Assembly (NCBI GenBank): GCA_964016885.1
Contig: OZ024745.1
Coordinates: 133,114,001 to 133,178,000 of the forward strand
DNA length: 64,000 bases
Reading direction: 5' to 3'
Source of the DNA: Eledone cirrhosa
Taxonomy: Eukaryota
Below the pieces are notes generated by a model. That model did no database searches and was not told the DNA's origin. It saw only the letters and a list, made by a program, of their open reading frames with translations. This document shows, one piece after another, positions 41,480 through 53,924 of this stretch (position 1 is its first letter; the number at the start of each line of letters is the position of its first letter). A program made the translations under genes and the position numbers.

Positions 41480-42200
41480 AGATTTTACATAAAGCTGTTT
41501 ACTATTGTTGCTGCGTTATCAAAAGTAAATATTTCAAGAATCAATAACTGCGACACTCAGAAACCTTCACTCTATGTCTTGCGCCGACATTTTCTTCCTA
41601 AATATTTGGTTATGCTTCTTGTGTTCAGTAAAATATTTTCATAAAATTATAATCATTTCCATAATGTCATCTGGTGTTCTGAAATATTGTTATTGATTTC
41701 GAGTTCAATTTATATCCTAGGCAATGCTATTGTATTTCCATTTCATGTCAGTTCGACTCTCCAGTATATCATTGAGTTCTTTAACAATGCCTTCGTGTGT
41801 TCTGCCACTTTCAGTAAATCTAGTTTTTCCAAAAGCCACGAGTAGGTTATCATATCATAAGCCTTCCTGTAATCCACGGCTCACATACATTTGTCATTGG
41901 TCGGGGTCATTTGGCAGGGTCAGGCACCTTGCTTTGACGCATTGAGTTACGGCCCTTTCCATTGAGTTCAAATCCCGCCGTGGTTAACTTTGTCTTTCAT
42001 CCTTACGGGTTCGATAAAATAAAGTTCCAATAATACACTGGGGTAATCGCTGGTCTTGTGCCAAAAGTAGAAACAATTATTATTATTATTGTTTTTCCTT
42101 TTCCTTCGGTATTGTTTCTGATATATGTCGAGTGTCTTCCTGGCACCTAGGGCAACTAAACTCACTGTATACATTGGTAAGCCAGTTAATACACCATATT
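41480..42200 (-). mobile_element. Decayed R4/Dong-like RT remnant interrupted by a SINE
   Basis: VDYRKAYDMITYSWLLEKL..LLKNSMIYWRVELT and KYLG motifs; the upstream part lies beyond the SINE at 42090-42200. Confidence 0.7.
41900..42090 (+). mobile_element. tRNA-derived SINE
   Basis: B box GTTCAAATCCC, conserved CTTTCATCCTTACGGG.TCGATAAAATAAAG body, (ATT)n tail. Confidence 0.9.
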
Positions 42201-42291
42201 GAATATAACTTATAGCTTATTTTTTCTTACAGAGATAGTGCTCTACTCACACACACACATACACAAGATCACACACACACACACACACACA

Positions 42292-42748
42292 GTGACGGAG
42301 TAGTGGTGGTGGTGACGGAGTAGTGGTGGTGGTGGCGGTGATGGAGTATTGGTGGTAGTGGTGGTTGTGACGCAGTAGTGGTGTTAGTGGTGGTGGTGGT
42401 GATGGAGTAGTGGTGGTAGTGGTGGTGGTGGTGGTGGTGATGGAGTAGTGGTGGCAGTGGTGGTGGTGACGGAGTAGTGGTGGTGGTGGCGGTGATGGAG
42501 TATTGGTGGTAGTGGTGGTTGTGACGGAGTAGTGGTGTTAGTGGTGGTGGTGGTGATGGAGTAGTGGTGGTAGTGGTGGTGGTGGTGGTGGTGATGGAGT
42601 AGTGGTGGTAGTGGTGGTGGTGACGGAGTAGTGGTGGTAGTGGCGGCGATGGAGTAGTGGAGGTGGTGGTGGTGGTGACGGAGTAGTGGTGGTGGTAGTG
42701 GTGGTAGTGGTGGTGGTGGTGGTGGTGGTGGTGGTGATGGTAGTGGAG
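42292..42748. repeat. (GGT)n-derived G-rich array with a 154-bp higher-order period
   Basis: Subunits GTGAYGGAGTAGTGGTGGT..; the diagnostic GGCGGTGATGGAGTATTGG recurs 154 bp apart (C at 42336 and 42490). Confidence 0.95.
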
Positions 42749-42749
42749 T

Positions 42750-43335
42750 TGTGTCGAACAACTGCTGTCACGTGTAGAACGGATCCCACTATCGGTCGAG
42801 TTCATACTGAAGATCACCTACCGCCTTTTTGGGCCAGGAATGGCAGGGAGGATTCCCCTGCCTGATAGCTGTTGTGAAAGAGGTTGTGTAGTGGACGCGA
42901 CTCATATGTCTGAAGACAGACACTTCCCACTTCTTCGCCCAAGCGCTCGTTAGCTTTTTCAAGTTCCACGAGGAAAGAAATATGAGGGTGGAGGGAGAAA
43001 TGTTGACCCACAGAACATTTTTTTTAATGTGGGTGATTGTTGCGAGGACGGCGCGTGTGAAAGGACCTACTCGGAACATGCTCCTGTAGGCTGTTAAGAT
43101 GGAGGAATAGATGGGTGCCCTCTAGGGTATTGTTGGAGATGAGGGTAAGTTGGGATTTGTGGGGTTTATAACATAACCCCTGGGTAGTCTCGACAGCCCG
43201 ATTGGGGAATTCTGTTGCTGATATTTTTTGTTAATTATTTTGTTAATTATTTTACTTGATTGTAAACCCCTCACTGTCTCCGTCTTTGTATTGTCCTCTA
43301 TATTGGGCCCCTGCGGCCAATAATACAGAAACCAT
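42750..43335 (+). mobile_element. Tx1/L1-like LINE 3' fragment
   Basis: LLSRVERIPLSVEFILKI..FPCLIAVVKEVV*WTRL..FFKFH; 3' UTR shared with ~17440-17600. Confidence 0.75.
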
Positions 43336-44226
43336 TTTTATTCTTCTCATTACTATCATTTCATATTTTTGTCATTAATTGTAATAACTTCAATATTACT
43401 GTTCCTGCTATTGATTTTATTTCTACTACTATCATTATAGCTAATAATACTACATATTTTATATCTACTACTATCATTATATCTAATAATACTACATGAC
43501 ATCAAAGTAGTATACGGCAAATTACAGCAATTGTAATGTGGCATATGAGTATCCCATTATATTTGTCTGATGTTATTTACAAATGGTATCTTATTAGAAA
43601 TTGAAACAACGGTATTCGTATAATAAACTAGTAAATTGCAGCTTAATAATATAAAAGAAGTAACATCGTGCAGTAAGCAATAATTTATAAATATTTTCGC
43701 ATATGACATAATAAATGTTGATTATTATGATTTGGAAAGTTTTATTGATATTAACAGGAATGTCTAGTAAGTTTCGGAGTATAAATAGTAGTATTAAGAG
43801 CAAAAGAAATACAACGTCAATTGGCTTTTAATGAATACACATATTCATATATGCAAACGATCCTAACTTGACTTTGCAATACAAAATATATTATATATTG
43901 ATTTCTAACGTTTAGTAGGTGACTTTTAGAGAATGGGATGAACACCGAAGTATTATTCATTTATATTTCTTCGCTTAGTGATGAAAGGATTGTTAGACAA
44001 CTCAATATTCCGTACTTAAAGGGGAATGGAGTAAGCCAGTTGTTTGCAAAACATAATGAAATAACATTTTTAATGATAATCTTTACAATAAAATCTGTCC
44101 GACCAGCTAAATTGGATTTTAGATGAAAGGCAAATAAACCTAGTTGAACTGTTTTCATATAAGTACACACACACACACATAATATATATATATATATATA
44201 TATATATACATGCATGTATGTATATG

Positions 44227-44275
<49 letters not shown>

Positions 44276-44399
44276 GCATGTATGTATATGTATATATATA
44301 TATACATGCATGTGTATGAGTGATACGTTTCAATAAGCCGGTACAATACGAGCGCTAGAAATATAGAAAGGGCAAAGTATGACAGAAAAAACTAAAAGT

Positions 44400-45400
44400 A
44401 ATGTCTTAACCAATATATTTCAACATGATATTTGAGGGATACACTCCCTTTTCAAAGGGAGACCGAAGTTTCTGATTAACATATTTTAATCGTAATCGCG
44501 CATAACATGAGTTTCGTAAATGGCCAGCTACGGCCCTTAATCTATTACATTCAGTTTCGATACTGACATCGATTTTACCATCAAGAAGCAGTAGAGTACA
44601 TATTATGATTTTGGTGTCCAGTTTGTCTGAAGAGTAAATCGCCCAATGTAATCGATTAATGCCCGAGGTGGCCATTTGTGAAGTACATAGTCAATGTTAT
44701 GCCAGTACTGTTTGTGTAAATGTTACTAATGAAAGAGGACAATAGGGAAATAATCACTGGACAAATAATTAGCAGATTCCGGCCTTTCGCTGCGTAGATA
44801 CATAGCTAAAAACCAATCCAGAGACAACATTACCAATGCTCGCTGACTGACTGCCCTATCCGCGACACAGGTATGTGCTAGCAGACACATGTGGTATACA
44901 GCAAATATAAGGTGTTCTACATTGGTAGCACGACTCGAGCACTCAACACATGCATTAAAGAACACCTCAACACACAAGCATCCTCATTCAAAAACCACAT
45001 TGACAAATGTAGAATCATCAACTGCCAATATTGAAGCTAAAGATAGAAATGTGGGAAATTTAAAATCAATGATGCCTTGCTCATACGTAGACCCAGCCCG
45101 CAAATAAATAGATTAGAACTCAGCACACAATACTTAACATAAAAAGACACACCCAGGCGGATACAAACTAAACAACATTCCATACAAAAACGAACATTTC
45201 GTGACTTACTACGAGTGACTTTCTCTACGAGGGACTTTCGGAGATATCCGGTTTTTGCTGAGTTATTGATCCGTTAGAAAATATTTCAAAGATACTGCGT
45301 AAATAGCCGTAAAAAATGTGTCCGAGATAAGGCCTCGGATTACAATATATATCGTTTAAATAGCAGGTGAACTCATAGCATTTTAATTACGGGGCTCTTG
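44400..45400 (+). mobile_element. Penelope-like element remnant: Cys-rich linker, GIY-YIG endonuclease and probable pseudo-LTR; ~44400-44600 appears inverted
   Basis: DCPIRDTGMC*QTHVVY..FYIGSTTRALNTCIKEHL..DALLIR..PQIN across frameshifts; the minus-strand piece KLRSPFEKGVYPSNI resembles the L..NGYP motif. Confidence 0.8.
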
Positions 45401-45619
45401 GAATGTTTAGAGCACAATTCCAAGTGGCATTATTTATGTTTTAGAACCAACAAGTACTAAAGAGTCATATAAATCAGTGATTCACGTACACAAAGCTGCA
45501 TAACATAATTTTCCTCTCATCAACTTCATATTGGTAATCTGAGTACATCCTATCCACTGAGGGTACGACTGTGATCTTTTCTAAATTAAACATACTCTGG
45601 GAGTGGTAATTCAATTATA

Positions 45620-46006
45620 TTGAGCCAGTACTTAACTAGCACTTCATTTTATCGACTACGGAAGGATTAAAGGCAAATTTGTGATCAGTGTGATTTGAAT
45701 TCAGAACGTAGAAGGTCATACCTATATACTGTAATGAATTTTCTTCGACATGTACCGGTATGGCCAATTCACCGCCATCAACGTACGAATATAATAATGA
45801 TTTCTGATCTAGGAACAAGGCCATCAAGCAGAAGAACATCGATTAAATCCTACCCAATGCATTACTGGTGCTATATTTTATCGATTTCGTAAGGATGAAA
45901 GGCAAATCTAACCTCGGCGGGATTTGAACTCAGAACGTAAAGGCCTGTAACTCTCTGCTGTAAAGCATGGTATCCGACGCTCTACCGATACTGCCAATCC
46001 ACCGCC
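45620..46006 (-). mobile_element. Two adjacent tRNA-derived SINEs (older 45620-45780; near full-length 45790-46006)
   Basis: 5' GGCGGTGGATTGGCAGTATCGGTAGAGCG (A box) and GAGTTCAAATCCC (B box) on the minus strand; same body as the other copies. Confidence 0.9.
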
Positions 46007-46464
46007 CTTACACGAATATAATAATAAAGTACGTATATAATAATAAAAATATACAGGTATACACAAGTCACATGACTGTATATCTGTATAAGCCCTTTCA
46101 AAAATATATTTGTTCAAAATATATGTATGCCTTATATTCCGAAATATAGAGTAACTATCAACAAAACTATGAAACGACGGGCAGACTCATGTTGAGGCAC
46201 TATTTAAATGGTTTCTCTAAGTCGATAATCTTTTTACCAGGATCCAAGTAACTGTTCCACACTGGAATCATGTGAGAAGACTCATCTGATGAGGTATTTT
46301 TTTTTATTCTGCCAAAGATATTCTATATTTTTTTCTGTTATCAATAAATATTTAACAACATACAAAAACATACTAAAAAAATCAATAATAGATCATTCAG
46401 GAAATAAAGTAAGTTTGCTATATATTATTTGTTATTACAAACATGGACAGAAATCTCATTCCTA

Positions 46465-46508
<44 letters not shown>

Positions 46509-47512
46509 TACATACATACATATATACGTATATAGACACACACACACACAAACATATATATATATATTTATGTATATATACATATATATACATGTATAAA
46601 CATTATATATATAGATATATATATACATATATAAATATTATATATATATATATGTGGGGGGGGGGGTCTGTGTGTGTATGTGTGTGTGTATTGAGGGAGA
46701 GAGTGAGAATGAGAAAAAGATAGTGAGAGACAGATTGAGAATTTCGTACGGGGTATTTTTCTTATTGAAAATATTTCCAAAACCTATTCAACCTACTAGA
46801 TAATAGTTCCCATTAAAATTGATTTTCCATATCCAAGTTGAAAAAGTTTCAGTTTAGGTTCATACAAATCGTAACCTATTTCTACTCTGATGGCATTAGG
46901 AAAACTATAAAACTCTGTATATATTATTATACTTAGTAAGACATATGTTTTTCATTTGTAATTGTGGTTCCTTTTAGTATTAAAGAAACCGTTATTTATG
47001 GCAATAAATAGATTTTTATTCATATAAAATAACATTTAAAAGCAAATTTCTCTCACTGAAATATTGGTAAAATAAACAATTGCTTTGTAGGAATATATTG
47101 ATAGATTTGTATGATATATAAGTATATGATTTGTTGGATTTTATGGTCGAAACAGCGTAATTTAACAGCAATTTCAAATACGAGATTTTAGAGTGTGAAT
47201 AAGATAGGTTTGGTGCAAAGGAATATTACACAAAACATTGATAAAATATGGTGTTTATGGTATTTTGAAACTTTGAAATTATAACCAACTCGATAGAGCA
47301 GAAACTGCTTTTCCGGGATATTATGTACGATCATCAGAATCACGTCACTATTTAAAATATAGATATCCTTACGTTCATGATCTCCTCAAGGCGAAGTGCT
47401 AGCATCTTCAAACAAGATTTTATACTAAAATATATTGACAATCTTACAAATAAGAATAAACTAGGTATAGTGTTACAATGTTTGTGAGCATTTGAACACT
47501 ATATTGAATATA

Positions 47513-47697
47513 TTTGCAGTATCGGTAGAGAGTCGGACGCCATGCGTTGCAGCATAGAGATACGGCCCTTTATGTCTGAATTCAAATCCCGCCGAGGTTA
47601 ACCTTTCCTTTCATCCTCACAGGGTCGATAAAAGAAAGTACCAGTAATACACTGGGTAATGTCTGGCCTTGTGCCAAAAGTAGAAACAATTATTATG
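47513..47697 (+). mobile_element. tRNA-derived SINE
   Basis: TTGCAGTATCGGTAGAG A-box region, ATTCAAATCCCGCCGAGG, 3' GGCCTTGTGCCAAAAGTAGAAACAATTATT. Confidence 0.9.
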
Positions 47698-48006
47698 TTT
47701 AACTGACATGAAAGACAATAAATGTTTTTACACTAAATAATAATTCTGTAGCACTGAAGTCGGCCGAGGATTCGTTAGGAAATATGAAATAAGTTAAATA
47801 TATTGAAACACAGAGCATTAAAACAATATTTCGTGTAAGTGTATGTGGTAATGTATTTGAGAGTAAATATACATTATGTAAGTGGGTAGTTTAACTATAA
47901 AATCTTCATCACGAAAGGATTCTGCAAAAGGCGAGAATGCATATGTATAGGTATATAATAAAATAATGTAGTTAATAGGATTATTGTGAGATATGAAGTA
48001 AAATGC

Positions 48007-48066
<60 letters not shown>

Positions 48067-48667
48067 ATTAAAATACTGGAGCGTGTTGGAGTTAAACATG
48101 TTTGTGTAAATTAACCGGAGATTATCTATTATATTATATTATATAGTATATAATTGTATAGTTTATTATATGTTATATGTGCTACTTATAATCATATCAT
48201 ATTATTACCTCATGTATATTAGATATACGTATTATTATTATTATTATTATTTTTATTCCTATCATGCTTATTTATATTTAAACTCTTAATAAGGTTTAAT
48301 TTGTGCTGTTGAAGATGGATATGTGTATTGAAGTATGTGTATATGTGCGTACGTGTGCGTACATATATACATATGTATATTGTACCTTTTAATTTTTATT
48401 ATAATTTTAATATTGTTACAAGTATATTATATTATATTATATAGTATTATATATAATTCCCGCTCTATATAACCACCTTTGTTTAGCTCTAGGTTTTTTT
48501 GGCTTTGGACTATATTTGTAATATGGTTCTAAATGTTATACACCTCCTTAGTGATTTTTATTATATATTTTTACCCATAATCTTGCAATACTTTAGTGTA
48601 TGTACACTCCATATTCTTCGGAGTGTTCGGCTTGTATTGGCCGATAATACTTCTTGTTGTTTTAATT

Positions 48668-48705
48668 GCCCTGATGAGTCCTTAATAGGACGAAACATTG
48701 TTGGC
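48668..48705 (+). ncRNA. Minimal type I hammerhead ribozyme motif (Penelope pseudo-LTR type)
   Basis: GCC-CUGAUGA-GUCC(UUAAUA)GGAC-GAAAC-AUU-GUU-GGC: complete core, 4-bp stem II starting G10.1-C11.1, 3-bp stem I, very short stem III; AATAAA follows at 48707. Confidence 0.75.
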
Positions 48706-48970
48706 TAATAAAGACTTTTGATGTATTGAAGGCTTCTTTGTTTTACTTTCATAATATATATATGTAAATATAATTGATTACTAGGTTCCACCGTACTTTG
48801 GCTACTAATAACAGTGAAAAATACCTTCCCCTATCGGAACAATGAGCAGAAGCACACTTTCGTGTATCTATATGCCCTGTAATCAGATTGTTTTGTGTAA
48901 TGAAAATAGGGCGAAAGCTACTAATTTGATTTTGAAATTTCACACACAGACACACACACAAAGATTTTAA

Positions 48971-49128
48971 GGGATTACAGTTCCGAGACTGGGGGCAGGA
49001 AATAGACTCGGTTGGTCTCGCTTGCGGATCCAGCCGGAGCAGTTGGTATAGGTTACTTCTGATAGGACCCGCTGCAATGAGTCTTTGTTTACATGACCCT
49101 CTCGCGAATAAGTGGGCGAAGAAGAAGA
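48971..49128 (+). other. GC-rich structured island ending in (GAA)n; unclassified short retroposon-like repeat
   Basis: Two hairpins enclosed by AGACTC/GAGTCT; GAAGAAGAAG tail; sits between CA-rich tracts. Confidence 0.4.
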
Positions 49129-49483
49129 CACACACTAACACACATGCAAACCCCCTCCTCCGCCAAAAAAAAAACACAAATATATATATATACATATTTT
49201 TAGTATAGAAATATAAAAATGGCTTCTACGGGACTAAAACTGTTTCATTCGAAGGAAATTATCAGAAAAATGATTTCCTTCAAATGAAACAGTTCTAGTC
49301 GTGAAACTAAACTGATTTTTTTTAGTTTCAGAAGATTCCGTTAAGGTTGAAGCAGCGATTCTTTGCTTAAACTTTAATCTGTTATTTTAATAAATATTTG
49401 CTCTAGGGTTCATACATATATGATATATATTTATCCTCATCGATCCTCTTTGAATTTTAGTTTTCACATTTATTATTATTGCG

Positions 49484-49518
<35 letters not shown>

Positions 49519-49635
49519 CGCACACAAACACACACAAAGACACACACACCACCCTAAACGGATACCTCTATTTTCTCATGTATATATATAATAAAATGTG
49601 GAGAGGAAGCACACAAGTTAGAATATATATATATA

Positions 49636-51160
49636 TGAAAACAGGGAGAATGAGACGATTATTAAGAAGAAAAATATTTTTTTTTCCTTTTTTTATTTAT
49701 TTCTTTTTTCTGGGTTAGAAAATGATTAAAACGAAATGTTTTACTTTGTGTGAAGTGTTAAGGTATTAGTTGATTTATTTATTATTTAACAATGGCATTT
49801 AATAATTGTCTATTACCGGTTTCAGCATTTTTATGCAATATCAAATGATAGTGATAAGTATTAGTGTGGAGTGGCACGTGTTAAAGAGAAGGTGCAGAAA
49901 GAATAATGTTATTTACAAACAAGGGTTATGAAGTGAAAAGAAAAAAGAAAAAAAACGGGGGTAATGTAGAGCATGAAAAGTCAATGTGAAAGAAAAAATA
50001 ATGTTATATACAGGCATAGTTCTTGAAGTTAAGCAGATCGAAATGAGTTAATATAGCAAGAGTGCTTAGTTGATCTGCTTCACTTCAAGAACTATGCCTG
50101 TAAATAACATTATTTCTTCTTTCACATTGACTTTTTTATGCTCTACATTACGATCGATTTTTTTTCTTTTTTCTTTTTTCTTTTTTCTTTTTTCTTTTTT
50201 CTTTTTTCTGTTTTCTTTTTTCTTTTTTCTTTTTTCTTTTTTCTTTTTTCTTTTTTCTTTTTTCTTTTTTTTTCTTTTTTTCTTTTTTCTTTTTTCTTTT
50301 TTCTTTTTCCTTTTTCTTTTTCTTTTTTCTTTTTTCTTTTTTTTTCTTTTTCATTTTCCTTTTTCTTTTTTTCTTTTTTTCTTTTTTTCTTTTTTTCTTT
50401 TTTTCTTTTTTTCTTTTTTCTTTTTTTCTTTTTTTCTTTTTTTCTTTTTTTCTTTTTTTCTTTTTTTCTTTTTTTCTTTTTTTCTTTTTTTCTTTTTTTC
50501 TTTTTTCTTTTTCTTTTTTCTTTTTTATTTTTTACTTTTTATTTTTTATTTTTTATTTTTTTATTTATTTTTTATTTTTTATTTTTTATTTTTTATTTTT
50601 TATTTTTTATTTTTTATTTTTTATTTTTTATTTTTTATTTTTTATTTTTTATTTTTTATTTTTTATTTTTTATTTTTTATTTTTTATTTTTTATTTTTTA
50701 TTTTTTATTTTTTATTTTTTATTTTTTATTTTTATTTTTTTATTTTTTATTTTTTATTTTTTATTTTTTATTTTTTATTTTTTATTTTTTATTTTTTATT
50801 TTTTATTTTTTATTTTTTATTTTTTATTTTTTATTTTCACTTCATAAACCTTGTTTGTAAATAACATTATTCTTTCTGCACCTTCTCTTTAACACGTGGG
50901 ACACCACACTAATACATATCACTATCATTTGATAATATATAAAAATGCTGAAACCGGTAATAGACGATTATTAAATATATAAATAGTTAAATAAATGCAA
51001 TTGTTAAATAAAAAATAAATCAACTAATACCTTAACACTTTACACAAAGTAAAACATTTCGTTTTAATCATTTTCTAACCCAGAAAAAAGAGAGAAAGAA
51101 ATAAAAAAGGAAAAAAAAATATTTTTCTTCCTAATAATCGTCTCTTTCTCCCTGTTTTCA
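49636..51160. mobile_element. Fold-back / MITE-like element with ~400-bp inverted arms, 32-nt loop and TA-repeat flanks
   Basis: TGAAAACAGGGAGAA.. at 49636 versus ..TTCTCCCTGTTTTCA at 51160; the arms pair almost continuously to AAGCAGATC (50039) / GATCTGCTT (50072), apart from the expanded microsatellite. Confidence 0.93.
50158..50838. repeat. (TTTTTTC)n switching to (TTTTTTA)n heptamer expansion
   Basis: Seen directly; switch near 50520; source of the poly-Phe ORFs. Confidence 0.97.
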
Positions 51161-51182
51161 TATATATAAAAATATATATAGA

Positions 51183-51235
51183 GAGATTCCTGATGACTTC
51201 TAAAGAAGGAAACAGTTCTAGTCCTGTAGAATCTC
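51183..51235 (+). ncRNA. Hammerhead-like variant motif
   Basis: CUGAUGA-CUUC(UAAA)GAAG-GAAAC-AGUUCUA-GUC; GAGAUUC/GAAUCUC can pair but is offset 5 nt from the GUC site. Confidence 0.45.
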
Positions 51236-52067
51236 ATCTATATTAAAACTTTTATACTCTGCAATGTATTGAATACCTTACTTACTGTGGTTCCCTCCGA
51301 TTCAACCCGGAATAACGTAAATATATATATATATATATATACATACATGAGATATCCGTTTAGGGAGGCAATTTAACGTTTTTGTATAGTTGATGTGGGT
51401 AAGAAAAGGAAAGAAACAACTTACCACTTAATTTCAGTTTCTCGGGGATATCTCTGAAGATATGTGGAATTTAACCACGGTGTGGCGATAGTGAATTGCG
51501 TAATAATTTACATTATTTCGTATGCGGTTACCTAAATTATTGAAACATGTGTTAGAGACTGTAGAGCATAAATAAATGCTTCTTTCAACTTCAAATCAAT
51601 TGCCTAGTTTTCTCTCATATTCTGTTTATATGTATATATGTGTATGTGTATGTGTGTGTGCCTTTATGTGAGAGTGTGTGTAGTAAGTTTGCGGTGTGTG
51701 TGTGTGTGAATGTATAAAATCGATTGAAAATAATGGCGGCATTTAGGTATTGATAAACGGTAAACAACGTAATAGAAGAGATTACCCTTAGGAGAGAAAA
51801 TTGCAGACAATTTTGTAATTTGTCACTGAAACGGAGAGAAATCAGTCTTAAACTGAAATATGGTGAGGAATACTCTTTCGTTTTCATTGTTCTCTCCTTC
51901 AGCAGAAATCTATAAGTCCATTAAATATGAAGATGTGTTTGCCACTGAATCTAATGATATATATATATATATATATACATATATATACATGTATATATAT
52001 AGAAGTATAGAAGTAGTAACAACAGTTAGTTCACCCTACCGATATTACCACAACGGATATCACCTTC

Positions 52068-52178
<111 letters not shown>

Positions 52179-53229
52179 AAAATACATATAAACAGTATTC
52201 TGTACAAAACGCATCTTGACATATACCATATATTTTTCTTTCTTTTTTTTTTGATGGGGAGGTTGTAATCGAAAGCATAGTAAGTCTTGAGATAATGTAT
52301 AGATTAAATTTAAACGCATAATTTTTTTGTGGGAATAATTGTATTTGTCTTCATTATTTCCTTCAATATCAACAATATTTTGGTTTCCCTTATAAACTGG
52401 GGTCGTAAAAGTTGGTGATGAACACAATATTACCTAAATACTCAACACAAGTAATATTCAACATTGACAACAATTGTAAGCTCTGTCTTATGAAATTTAA
52501 TCCTAAAACAGTAATTCGCCATTACAACTGTTGTTTCACCCCACCCTATTTCATTTATTCATCATTTTATTCTATTTATTTATTCATTTTCTTTTTCGAA
52601 ATATATTTGCCAATATATTTCAAACGTATCTCTATCATGTCAACATTCTTTGCATATGCAAAATCTGCTAATGGTAAATAATATTTCCATGAATGGCTAA
52701 TATGTTTGATTGTGTGAACGCGGTTATGATGGTGATGACTCTTGTGATAGCAGATAATGATGTAAATTTTACAGTTGTAAACAGTTTTATTGATTGAATA
52801 TATGTAAGATATTCAATTACTACAGTAGGGAATCTACAGAAGTAAATACTGTAGTTGAAGGCCAACATGTATTATTATTTTCTACTATCTGTGATGCTGC
52901 TAGTATTACCTACACTGTGTGATAATGCAACAAAAATATAACTATTCTACAAATGCGTGAGGAAAAAATGCGTATGGATAATTTTAAATTCCTGCTACAT
53001 ATAGTCACCAGCGACAGAATCTCATTTAGACATGCAAACTTACATACAAATTATTTCAAGTCTACTTTAAAATAAACAATCATTATGCATGATGAATAAA
53101 CAATTACTTAAGAGACGATGTGTTTAAATGGAAATAAGAAATTTGAATATTTCAGCCGTTATGAATAATAAGATGTCAACCTTCTTGGACTGTACCGTAA
53201 GCAAAAACGTCGGTTAAATGGGTCGCTCT

Positions 53230-53600
53230 TGCATACAAATACACACACACAAACATACATACACATACACACACATACACACACATACTTACAAACATAC
53301 ACACACATTCACAGACATACATACAAACATACACACACATACACACACATACAAACATACACACATATACACACACATATATACACATATATATGTACAC
53401 ACACAAACACTACAGATCAAACAAACACACACACAGCATACACGCATACACATCCAACATGCGACGTTTTGAAAGAAATTACGTTTTGTATATTAAAGGG
53501 ACTAAAATGAAATAAAATAAATAAATATGTGTGTATGTGTGTTTGTGTGTGTGTATGTGTGTACATGTGACTAAGTGTGTATGTGCGCGCGCGCGCGCGT
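53230..53600. repeat. Degenerate (CA)n and (TG)n/(CG)n tracts
   Basis: Seen directly. Confidence 0.9.
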
Positions 53601-53924
53601 GAGTGTATATAAAGAAGGTATGAAGCCTTTCAGTATTAGAGAAATGATATGATAGACAATCAAACATTCAGACTGCAGTCGACACACAAGACGCAAGCAT
53701 TCAGACAGCAGTCCACACACAAGACGCGGCACTTTGGCCGTTTTCCTCTTCTCCATATTCTAGACATATTGACATTTCAACACCTGCTGATTGACATGGA
53801 AGCACCTGATGATTGACATATTGACAGGGCAGTACCTGCTGATTGACAGGAGTATTTTCATATATTTGAAAAACTTTCAAATTACAAGGATTTTGAAATG
53901 GAAATTTTAAAAATATGATTCATG

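Noticed and set aside
42269-42817. His/Thr/Pro-rich ORFs resembling mucin or extensin
   Set aside because: All three minus frames are open because of (ACC)n periodicity, and the 154-bp period is not a multiple of 3.
45930-46006. tRNA gene candidate (A and B boxes)
   Set aside because: No cloverleaf; continues into the SINE body seen in multiple copies.
47300-47340. Minus-strand CUGAUGA..GGAAAA motif
   Set aside because: Stem II does not pair properly and there is no stem I; at best a decayed relic.
48985-49085. HDV-like ribozyme fit
   Set aside because: The P2/P3/L3 order and P1.1 pairing cannot be satisfied.
50070-50864. 264-aa and 240-aa Phe-rich ORFs
   Set aside because: Read-through of (T6C)n/(T6A)n.
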